From: an uncultured Acidobacteriaceae bacterium
GTDB lineage: Bacteria > Acidobacteriota > Terriglobia > Terriglobales > Acidobacteriaceae
DNA length: 64,000 bases
Assembly: GCA_963846095.1 (NCBI GenBank)
Contig: CAWJUW010000015.1
Location: 127,834-191,833, forward strand
Direction: 5' to 3'
Position 1 is the stretch's first letter; each line of letters opens with the position of its first letter. The translations under genes and the position numbers were made by a program. Of the stretch, positions 1-8,190 are shown one piece after another. Under the pieces are notes generated by a model that saw only the letters and a program-made list of their open reading frames with translations, was not told the origin of the DNA and did not search any database.

Positions 1-1501
1 TTGTTTTGAGGAAGGACGCGCACGACGACAAGGGCTTTTCTGTGCCCAGAGGCTGGCCTTTGCAGGCGGCGACGGGGGCCATGAAGGAATCCTTGGCCGC
101 CCAAAGGCTGTCGCCGGGCAGGAAGTTATGCTCCATGCCGGTGCGGGCCAGATCTTTGAGCTGGCGATAGCGCAGGTGATAGTCGTTAACTGCGCGGACA
201 TATTCGTGGGTGAGGTCGATGCGGCTTACGCCTTCGTCGTCAGTGGAAAGCGCGACGGGAACGTGTGCGTCAAGATATTGCTGGAAAGGATGGTCGTTGC
301 CTTTGACGCCGAGAATCCCCTCGTTGGAGCTGAGGTTGATTTCGACCATAACGTGCTTCTGCGCCATCTCCTTAAGCAGCGCGCGCGGGTCGTCCTCAAG
401 CATGAGGTCGACGCCGTGACCGATCCGCTCTGCGTGCCCTAGTTCAACAGCCTGGCGTATGTGGAAGCGCAGGCCCTCGGGCGGCACGAGGCCAAGAGCC
501 AGTTCACCCGCGTGCAGCGTGATGTGGACCTGCGGATAAACGGAATGGAGGTATTCGACCATCTTCATCTGCAATGTGTAGTCGTGCATGGAAAGGAAGC
601 CGTCTTCAGGCTGGACGAAGTTGATACCGACCCACGTCTGCTCATGAGCGTCCATGGCGGCCTGGATCGTCTCAAAGCCGAGAAGGGTTTGCGCAAAGAC
701 CCATTCTGGCGCGTGCTCGCGAAGGATCTGATAGATGTAGCGGACCTGGACCTGGCAGGCGGGCTCGGGCTGCGGCGTGTCGCAGCGTTCGATTCTGCGG
801 CGATCAGTTTCAGCCGTGCGAACCTCTTTGCGATCTTCAGCAACTTCGTCGCGCAGGCCGTGATCGAGAAGTGCCTGGCGCATTTGCGCGAAGTCGGAGT
901 TCCAGCCGATTTGGTGAGCCTCGGTTACGGCGTGACCGAAAGAGGGCGTGTGCATCAACTCCAGGTACTGCTCGTTCTGCGCAGCGGCACGCGAGGCCAC
1001 TTCGTCGACCCATTCGCCGGCATGCTTTTTGCCCAGGCCGCTAAAGCGGTCGAACGTGGCGAAGAACTGATCGTGCCCGCTCCATCCCCCTGTGGGTACA
1101 AAACTGCGCAGGGAGAAGGAATCGACGAGGCGATCGTAGAGATCCTGATGATGCGGAAGCTCGGCGGCCGGCATCAGCGGGGCCGCGCAGGGCGGAGGAA
1201 CGAACTTGAGCGCGTTGGTGTCGACGCAGAGGCCGTCTTCGCCGGCGGCGCGGATGAAGCTTTCGGCATAAATGGCGCCGGAAAGATGCACGTGCAGGTC
1301 AGCGCCTTTGGGAAAGTTGCCGAGGAAGCCCTGCAAGGCTGCGGGGCCCTCCTGGAGGGCAGCTGTATAGGCACGCGCGGCGCGCGTTTCGGATGCGGGC
1401 GGCGCCTGCTTCGCTGATGGGGAAATCCCGACTTGAGCGGAGATGAGGAAGGAGGATGCTGCAAAGGCCACGCAGACTAAAGGGCAACTAAGGGCGCGCA
1501 T
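1..1501 (-). CDS. Adenosine/AMP deaminase family protein with N-terminal signal peptide (3' end runs off the window)
   Basis: Hand translation from ATG 1501 (absent from the ORF track because no stop lies in the window): MRALSCPLVCVAFAASSFLISAQ...PKGADLHVHLSG...TLHAGEL...ERIGHG...VEINLSSN...PVALSTDDEG. These are the metal-binding and catalytic motifs of the ADA family. Confidence 0.9.
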   Translation of the reverse strand, partial: MRALSCPLVCVAFAASSFLISAQVGISPSAKQAPPASETRAARAYTAALQEGPAALQGFLGNFPKGADLHVHLSGAIYAESFIRAAGEDGLCVDTNALKFVPPPCAAPLMPAAELPHHQDLYDRLVDSFSLRSFVPTGGWSGHDQFFATFDRFSGLGKKHAGEWVDEVASRAAAQNEQYLELMHTPSFGHAVTEAHQIGWNSDFAQMRQALLDHGLRDEVAEDRKEVRTAETDRRRIERCDTPQPEPACQVQVRYIYQILREHAPEWVFAQTLLGFETIQAAMDAHEQTWVGINFVQPEDGFLSMHDYTLQMKMVEYLHSVYPQVHITLHAGELALGLVPPEGLRFHIRQAVELGHAERIGHGVDLMLEDDPRALLKEMAQKHVMVEINLSSNEGILGVKGNDHPFQQYLDAHVPVALSTDDEGVSRIDLTHEYVRAVNDYHLRYRQLKDLARTGMEHNFLPGDSLWAAKDSFMAPVAACKGQPLGTEKPLSSCASFLKT

Positions 1502-1729
1502 GATTGCCTTCAGTGTAGTCGAGCGGTTGGCGGTGGAAAGAGATTACCTCTTGGAGATTTCGCGGAGAAGAGGCTTTGGGTTCAGGCGTATGGGCCCGGA
1601 GGTTTTGCGGGCGGAAAGGGAGTTGTTATACTGTTTCGAGTGGTTGCAGCACACTGTCCGTGGAATCGCCCACCTCGTCCGGCATCGCCGGAATCCGCGC
1701 AGGCAATTGCAACTGAAAGTTTGCACTGA

Positions 1730-1804
1730 GGCCAGATAGCTCAGTGGTAGAGCGCGGCCCTGAAAAGGCCGGCGTCGGCGGTTCAATCCCGTCTCTGGCC
1801 ACCA
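1730..1804 (+). tRNA. tRNA-Phe (GAA)
   Basis: GGCCAGA acceptor stem pairs with TCTGGCC+ACCA; D-arm TAGCTCAGTGGTAGAGC; anticodon stem CGGCC/GGCCG with loop CTGAAAA; T-arm GGTTCAATCC; encoded CCA. Upstream -10-like TATACT at 1627-1632. Confidence 0.97.
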
Positions 1805-1952
1805 CCCCTTTTAATCCCTGCAGCTGCGCGGCGCGCTCGAAGTGAGCGCGGATTGTTGCTTGGCCCACTGCCCAGATCCTGCTGTTACGGTCGGGCTCAC
1901 TCGCCTCTATTACAGGACTACGACGATCTCCCTGGTGGCGTCGCCAGACATG

Positions 1953-1996
1953 AAAATGCCCGGGCAGGAGGGATGCTCCTGCCCGGGCGATTTTGG
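1953..1996. terminator. Bidirectional intrinsic terminator between tRNA-Phe and the TBDR gene
   Basis: AAAAT-GCCCGGGCAGGAG-ggatg-CTCCTGCCCGGGC-gaTTTT, a perfect 13-bp stem with A/T flanks. Confidence 0.85.
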
Positions 1997-2007
1997 TTTG
2001 CGCAAGC

Positions 2008-5000
2008 TTAGAACTGCAGGCGCATGGAGAACTCCAACTGGCGCGGACCGCAGCTGCTGCCTACGCAGCCGTTGGCCTCGCCGCTGATGGTGCCGGTGGA
2101 CTCGATGTTGCCGCCCGGGTTGCCGGCGTTGATGTGGTTGAATGCGTTGAAGGCATCGAGCCGGAACTTGGCTTCGACACTCTCCCAGATGCTGAAGCCC
2201 TTGGTGAGCGCCAGATCCGAGGTGAAGAAGCTTGGTCCGCGGTAGGTGTTGATGCCCGCGTTGCCGAAGGTGTCGAGCGCCGGTTTCGAGAAATAGCCAT
2301 CCCCGAGCGAGTGCGCCGAGTAGAAGCTACGTGTACCCGTACCGCCGTTGCCGGGGGTAAAGCCGGTCAGACTGGTCGACATCTTCTTGCTCTGGTTGGG
2401 ATCGCAAGGTCCGTCGATGATGACGGATCCGCATTCGTTGTAGCCGAGAGTAAAGGGCAGGCCGCCGGAGATGTTCATGGTTCCGCTGAGCTGCCATCCA
2501 CCGACGATCAGTTGCGTTGCATGATTTACGTTCTGCAGATACTCCTTGCCCTTGCCGAAAGGCAGATCGTAACTGCCGTAGACCACAATCTGCTGGTCGC
2601 GGACATAGCTATCGCGGCCATGGGTGATTACGTGGCTCCATGTGTAGTAGCCCGACTCTTCGTCGAAAGCGCTTGCCCACTCATAGTTGGCAGTCAACGA
2701 CAGGCCATGGCTCATCTGCTTCTGGAGGTTGATTTGAAGGGCATCGAATTCGGTGTTCTGATCGTCGCCACGATAGGCGATGCCGTTCGTCCATCCGCAC
2801 ATGCCGGAGGTCAGGTTGGGATCGTTGCCGTCGGCAGCGAGCATTGCCGCCACCGGGTAATTGGCATCGGAGCAGGCTGCCAGCTTCGCCGCATAGTAGC
2901 GTTGCAGGTAACGAGCGCCGTTCTTATTGATACCGCCGCTATAGCTGGCAGGCAGAGCAACCGGAACACCGTTCACAAGACCGAGTCCAGCCGGATCGAA
3001 GTTCAGCGTACCGCCGGTAATGGTGTTGGCGCCCGGCACGATATTGCCGGTTTCGTTGGGGTTGGTTCCGTTGGAGTCGCCGTCACCCAATGTATGCGTT
3101 CCCTTGTTGCCGACGTAGGCAACCGTCAACGACAGTGTCGGAGTAATGGCACGCTGTACGCTGAGGTTCCAGGCATCGATGGTTGTCATGTGCAATGGGT
3201 TGGGGCGTGCGCTGGGCGAAACAGCATAGCCTTCCGCCGGAAGCAAGCCGTTCGACGGGGTCGAGGGTCCTGTGTAAGACGGTGGTCCAACCGCAAGCGT
3301 GAAAGCGGGTTCGCTTGCACTGGGTTCGGGCACCTGCTGGTTGGCCAGTACGGGAATGTTCTGGGTGACCGTGTGACCGAAGATTGAGCCGAAGACGCCG
3401 GTGTCGAAACTGCGTCCGTATCCGGCGCGGATAACGGTCTTGGCATCGAACTGGTAGGTTGCACCAATGCGCGGAGCGAACTGCTTGGCCTCGGAGATCG
3501 TCCAGCCCAGGTTGGAGGCAATGCCGCCGACTCCGGCCACGTGCATGTAGCCGTCTTTGACGTTGAGCAAGGAACCGTTGCCCGGACCATTGACCGACTC
3601 GGGGAAATAGACGTCCCAGCGCAGGCCGAGGTTCAGGGTCAGTTTCGGATTGACGCGCCAGGTATCCTGCCCGTAGAAGAACGTGCGTTTCTGGAACTCC
3701 TTGGCGTTAGTGGAAGTGGACACGTAGCGGCCGAATGAAGAGACATCGCCCAGCATGAAGGTTGCGAATCCCAACCCGCCGCCCACACCCGAGGCTGCGT
3801 CCGGATCGGAAGTCTGGTCCGTGTGGAAGTTGAGCTGGCCTGCGCGATCCGTATCGGACGGGACGCGGAGGTTGCGGGCGTAACGAAGGTCGGCGCCGAT
3901 TTTGAAGGTGTGGTTTCCCATGATCATGGTCCAGTTGTTGACGATCTGGCCCTGATCTTCGCGCTCGGTGAGGGGGCAGTTGCAACGGTTGATGTTCAAG
4001 CCATCGCCGTAGGACCAGCCATTGGTGCCGCCGCCGCCATTCGGGAGTGAGTCAAACACGAACCCTGGAGAACCACCGGTGAAGAAGGTTCCCATATTGA
4101 TTCCCGGGATGCCCAGCGTATTGGCGAATTCGGCGCTCTGGTCGTGCTTGGTATCGATGACGTTGTAGCGGTAGTAGCCCAGACGAAAGTCCGTGAGCAG
4201 CTTGGGGCTGATCGCGAAGTCCATGCCGGCCGCGAGGCTGTCGTTCGCGCCGTTGGAGTTTCCGCCGTAGTTGTTGATGCCGTATCCCGGGCCGCCAGCC
4301 GTGCCGAACATGACTGCGCCGGAGAGGATGTCGGTGAAGCGCGAGAAGCGTTCGAACAGGTGGGTCTTCTCGGTGAGCGTGTAGTCAGCGCGCTCCGTCC
4401 ACATATTGCTGTTGAACAAACCGGTGCCGTTCTGGTTGTAGTTCTTGTCGAGGCCGTTCACCGATCCCGATCCCATGGTGAGGTTGACACCCTTCGTGTA
4501 AGGCTCCAGGACCTTGAGGAGAGCCTGCGCCTCGGTAGACAACCGCGCCGCCGGAATCACGTTGTTCGCGAATGCGGTTGGATGAGTTATGCCCTTGGCG
4601 TCGACGTACGTGTTGGTCCAGTCGTAGATGATGCCAGCCCCTGTCGAGAGTCCAGTGAGATATTCACTGAAGTCGCAACCAGCCACTCCGTTGGCGCCGC
4701 TGCCGACGGTGTTGCCAAGGCAGGACTCCGTCAGATTGCTTGTGGGCAGAGTGTCTGTAGCCGATGTGCCGACCTTTTGACGCTGTCCTTCGTAGTTGAA
4801 GAAGAAGAACGCCTTGTCTTTGAGGATCGGGCCGCCGATCGTCCCACCCATGCGGTTTTTCAAACCGGCCGGAAGGCCGGCCGAAGCGGGCTGCGAGAAG
4901 GGATCGCGGGCAAGGTTGGCATTGCCGGTACGGAAATCGTAGATATCTCCGTGGAAGGCGTTGGTGCCGGAACGCGTTTGCGCAGTCACGACGGCAGAGA

Positions 5001-5721
5001 CTGCCTTGCCGAGCTCGGCGTCATAGTTTTGCGTGGTGATTTTGGTTTCCGTCACCGCGTCCGTGGCCGGATTGATAACAATGATGCCAAGAATCGGGTC
5101 CTGGTTATCGGTGCCGTCCAGTTCGAATGCGGTGCCGCCGAAAGCCTGCCCGTCGACCTGGATCTGCTTGGATGCTTGTGGGTTTTCGTCGGCGGCGTGC
5201 GACCAGCCCAGGAGCTGTGCGCCGGGAACAAGAAGCTGCAGGTTGGTGAAGTTCTGATCGCCGACCGGCAGGCTCGAAACCTGCTGCTCGTCGAACACGG
5301 TGGCAACGTCAGCCTTGTCGGTCTTCAATTCCGGCTGCGACTCCGCATTGACTTCGACGGTTTCAGAGCTGCCACCCACGTCCATCGTGGGGTCGATGCG
5401 CGGCGCGGTGTCGGCCTCGACGGAGATGCCCTTGGTTTCGAATGTCTTGAATCCCTTGGCGGTGACTTTCAGGTCGTAGACGTCAGGGATCAGGTGAGGT
5501 ACAGAATAGTCGCCGGAGCCGTTGGATATGACGGTAACAACGGTGCCTTTCGACTCATCGGTCACGGAGATCGTTGCTCCGGGAACTGCGGCTCCAGTCT
5601 TATCGGTCACAGTTCCGAACAGCGAACCATAAACCGATTGCGCACTGGCGGGTCGTACAAACAGCAAACTCGCACAGGCTAAGAAAGCCAGCACGAGTGC
5701 TGAGCGGAATGTTCTGTTCAT
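2008..5721 (-). CDS. TonB-dependent receptor, Oar-like, with N-terminal carboxypeptidase-regulatory-like domain (TBDR1)
   Basis: Signal peptide, GTVTDKTGAAVPGA motif, QDTWRVNPKLTLNLGLRWD, FAPRIG and C-terminal Phe (MRLQF). Start set at ATG 5721 (MNRTF) behind GGAG. Confidence 0.92.
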   Translation of the reverse strand: MNRTFRSALVLAFLACASLLFVRPASAQSVYGSLFGTVTDKTGAAVPGATISVTDESKGTVVTVISNGSGDYSVPHLIPDVYDLKVTAKGFKTFETKGISVEADTAPRIDPTMDVGGSSETVEVNAESQPELKTDKADVATVFDEQQVSSLPVGDQNFTNLQLLVPGAQLLGWSHAADENPQASKQIQVDGQAFGGTAFELDGTDNQDPILGIIVINPATDAVTETKITTQNYDAELGKAVSAVVTAQTRSGTNAFHGDIYDFRTGNANLARDPFSQPASAGLPAGLKNRMGGTIGGPILKDKAFFFFNYEGQRQKVGTSATDTLPTSNLTESCLGNTVGSGANGVAGCDFSEYLTGLSTGAGIIYDWTNTYVDAKGITHPTAFANNVIPAARLSTEAQALLKVLEPYTKGVNLTMGSGSVNGLDKNYNQNGTGLFNSNMWTERADYTLTEKTHLFERFSRFTDILSGAVMFGTAGGPGYGINNYGGNSNGANDSLAAGMDFAISPKLLTDFRLGYYRYNVIDTKHDQSAEFANTLGIPGINMGTFFTGGSPGFVFDSLPNGGGGTNGWSYGDGLNINRCNCPLTEREDQGQIVNNWTMIMGNHTFKIGADLRYARNLRVPSDTDRAGQLNFHTDQTSDPDAASGVGGGLGFATFMLGDVSSFGRYVSTSTNAKEFQKRTFFYGQDTWRVNPKLTLNLGLRWDVYFPESVNGPGNGSLLNVKDGYMHVAGVGGIASNLGWTISEAKQFAPRIGATYQFDAKTVIRAGYGRSFDTGVFGSIFGHTVTQNIPVLANQQVPEPSASEPAFTLAVGPPSYTGPSTPSNGLLPAEGYAVSPSARPNPLHMTTIDAWNLSVQRAITPTLSLTVAYVGNKGTHTLGDGDSNGTNPNETGNIVPGANTITGGTLNFDPAGLGLVNGVPVALPASYSGGINKNGARYLQRYYAAKLAACSDANYPVAAMLAADGNDPNLTSGMCGWTNGIAYRGDDQNTEFDALQINLQKQMSHGLSLTANYEWASAFDEESGYYTWSHVITHGRDSYVRDQQIVVYGSYDLPFGKGKEYLQNVNHATQLIVGGWQLSGTMNISGGLPFTLGYNECGSVIIDGPCDPNQSKKMSTSLTGFTPGNGGTGTRSFYSAHSLGDGYFSKPALDTFGNAGINTYRGPSFFTSDLALTKGFSIWESVEAKFRLDAFNAFNHINAGNPGGNIESTGTISGEANGCVGSSCGPRQLEFSMRLQF

Positions 5722-6521
5722 ATGGTCTCCTCGAAGGCTTGCAGTTTGCCGGCTGATCATTCCTCAAAAAATTGGCCGAGACCGCTCGGCCGTCTGAAGA
5801 ACTTCAGCTCTTCAAGAGGGCTTACTCGCCGAAACAGCAGCGGAGCCCCCAAAATTGACCACGACCCTGTCGCAATGACAGGGGCAGCCAAGGTCCATCT
5901 CGATGCTCCGCGAGTTCGCACGGCGCGGAACAAAAAGAAAATGCTCGAATAGTAAGGAACTTTACTGACTTATAGACGAAGCTGTCAAGACAAAGACACC
6001 GTAATATGTCATCACATCTGAATGTGCTTCCCGTCACGGCCCGGGGATTCGAGAATACGCGATAATATAGGCCCGGTTTCAATTTATATCGCTTATTTTC
6101 AGCTATTTCTAAGACCTACAAACGCGCTCTGAGAGTCGCACCAACGCGGCATCGCTACCCAAAAGCGAGGCAACCGTCAGAGAGATTCCGGTTTTTTAGC
6201 ACGGTATGACAGTACAAACTACTATTGTGTTAATCATTTGTCATAACATTATATTCCGCAGTTGCAGGACCATAAGCACACGGTGGCTTTCATGCCCGGT
6301 TTCCTGCTTGCGTGGGCGGTTTCCAGCGTCCGGGCGCGAGCGCATTCGCAGGCTCGAGTAAGCCGGCGCCCTACGGATTCTTTCCGCAGCTGAGAGAGCT
6401 TGAATTCGGAGCCCGATTGCTCTCGATTCCATCGAGAAGCTCAATCCTCCGAGCCACATCCGCGTTCACGTCTTCGTCTCGCGGCTCGCTCCGGGTGCAC
6501 CGTCTTTCCGGAACGGCGCGG

Positions 6522-7817
6522 CTACCAATAAGTGAGCGTCAAGTTATCCAGATAAGTGGTGTTCGGATCCTGGTACTTATCGCCATCCATTTGATAATTG
6601 ACCGTCACGCCATACCAGCTCGACGGCACGGTGTTGGGGTTATAGGTGACATTGATATCCGTTGTTACGCCATTGAGAGTGATCGAATGATAGAGAAGCT
6701 TGTTGCCCGCCTCTCGCTGAAACTGTAGAGTGAAATGGTTCCATCCATCGGCAAACGAACAAGGAATGCCGGTGGACACCCATCCCTTGCCGCCTTTGTC
6801 TAAAACATCCCAGTCCCCATCTCCGCCTTGGTCGCACTGTGTTCCCCAGAACATCCCGACTCCGTTCAAGTACATGGCAACGTCGAGCTCGAGCGCGTGC
6901 GTAAACGCCGTGTCGGTCAAATAGAAGTCCCCGTCGTAAGTAAAGTTGTAGAGAGTGGGAATGAGGGTGCGATCTTTGTCGGGAAGACCTTGCGTCGACA
7001 GCTGGCCAAGCACCGGGTTTTCCCATAAGACCACCGAGTAAGGTACAGTGCCGCTGGTACTGAACTGTGTTGCGTTGCCGCTAAGAGACGGATTTGTGAT
7101 TCCCTGCGTCATGGTCCATGCAATCCCTGAGCACGGTGAACAGTCCTTATAGTTCGGCGGTACCTGTCCCCAGCCCACCCAACCGGGGCTGGCCTGCAAC
7201 GCGGAAAGCGTGCTGGGAGCGCCCTCGACCGTCACTGCGATGGGCACAGACAAGGAGCCACCACAGTTATCGCGTTCGATAATTGTCGTACTTTGTACGC
7301 CGACTCCGAGAGTTATCTGGGTATCTAGCTCAGCGCCCTCCTGGGTTGCGGCAAGCTGTCCTCCGACATAGACGCTGATGGATGCGACGCCTGCCGCGCA
7401 TGCCGGTACGGTTGCGGTAGCAATGTAATTCGTCGGCGAGGTTACGACCGCACCATTCACCGGAGACTGGACAGTGAGTTTCGCCGGGGCAACCGGAGTA
7501 GTTACGTCAATCGACTCCCGATCGGATGTGGAGTGACCGCATTGGTCCCACTCCTGAATAACAACGGCATGCTTCCCGTGAGAAAGAGAGAGCCGGGTAT
7601 TGAGCCTGGCAGCGTGAACCTTGTAGCTCAGCGCGCCATCCACGTAGATTGCCATCGCAGCAATTCCCTTTGAGCAGCTGCTCGCGGCCGCCTTTGCCTC
7701 AAACAAAACGGGAGAAGCCACCTTCGCCCCGTTACGCGGTCTGCTCACTGTAACGCTGGCCCAAAGAGAGGGAGGGGCCAAAAAGAGCCCAAAAACAATC
7801 AAAAGCAACTTCCTCAT
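6522..7817 (-). CDS. Secreted protein with two Cys-paired Ig-like domains and a C-terminal beta-sandwich (ConA/lectin-like) domain
   Basis: Signal peptide MRKLLLIVFGLFLAPPSLWA; two repeats V-x-x-P-x-NGA-x-V-x-SP...C...D-x-CG; aromatic-rich C-domain. The lectin-like fold is inferred. Confidence 0.7.
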   Translation of the reverse strand: MRKLLLIVFGLFLAPPSLWASVTVSRPRNGAKVASPVLFEAKAAASSCSKGIAAMAIYVDGALSYKVHAARLNTRLSLSHGKHAVVIQEWDQCGHSTSDRESIDVTTPVAPAKLTVQSPVNGAVVTSPTNYIATATVPACAAGVASISVYVGGQLAATQEGAELDTQITLGVGVQSTTIIERDNCGGSLSVPIAVTVEGAPSTLSALQASPGWVGWGQVPPNYKDCSPCSGIAWTMTQGITNPSLSGNATQFSTSGTVPYSVVLWENPVLGQLSTQGLPDKDRTLIPTLYNFTYDGDFYLTDTAFTHALELDVAMYLNGVGMFWGTQCDQGGDGDWDVLDKGGKGWVSTGIPCSFADGWNHFTLQFQREAGNKLLYHSITLNGVTTDINVTYNPNTVPSSWYGVTVNYQMDGDKYQDPNTTYLDNLTLTYW

Positions 7818-8077
7818 CGCATGCCTCGGCTGAATTTAGTTTGTATTTAACTCCGATGGTGTTGCGGTTCGGGAGAAGCTCACGTGTTTGCGGAGTTGGC
7901 TCAGAGTTTCATGCTCGCTGCAACGTGTCAAGGTTTCAAACTCACCGAGGAGTTACAGACTGACCCAGTCCGGCCGAAAGGTTACCGACCCGTCCCAAGG
8001 TAATCCACGAAAGTTCGCCTATTTTCGGAGACGGAGTTGAAACGAAGGCGGTTCAGCCTTCACTATTAAGCCTAAAC

Positions 8078-8095
8078 ATTCCTGAATTCAGGAAT
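8078..8095. promoter_or_regulatory. Perfect 18-bp palindrome in the divergent promoter region (candidate operator)
   Basis: ATTCCTGAATTCAGGAAT, between the divergent genes starting at 7817(-) and 8191(+). Confidence 0.55.
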
Positions 8096-8190
8096 ATGGT
8101 GTAATCTGAGTTACTTCCTCTTCGGCCCGGCAGGCCGACAATTCGCGCGGGGGCGCATTCCATTTTTACCAAGCCTTGAGGTGACGTCGC

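Noticed and set aside
461-1417. Long antisense ORFs (e.g. 461-1417, 1993-3387, 4144-5682, 14891-16831, 25672-27264, 37328-39325)
   Set aside because: They are shadow frames of real genes on the opposite strand, expected from high-GC codon bias, and have no motifs.
7960-8020. c-di-GMP riboswitch (GAAA tetraloop hairpin) before the adhesin-like gene
   Set aside because: It lacks the GGCAAAC...GACGCAAA class I framework.
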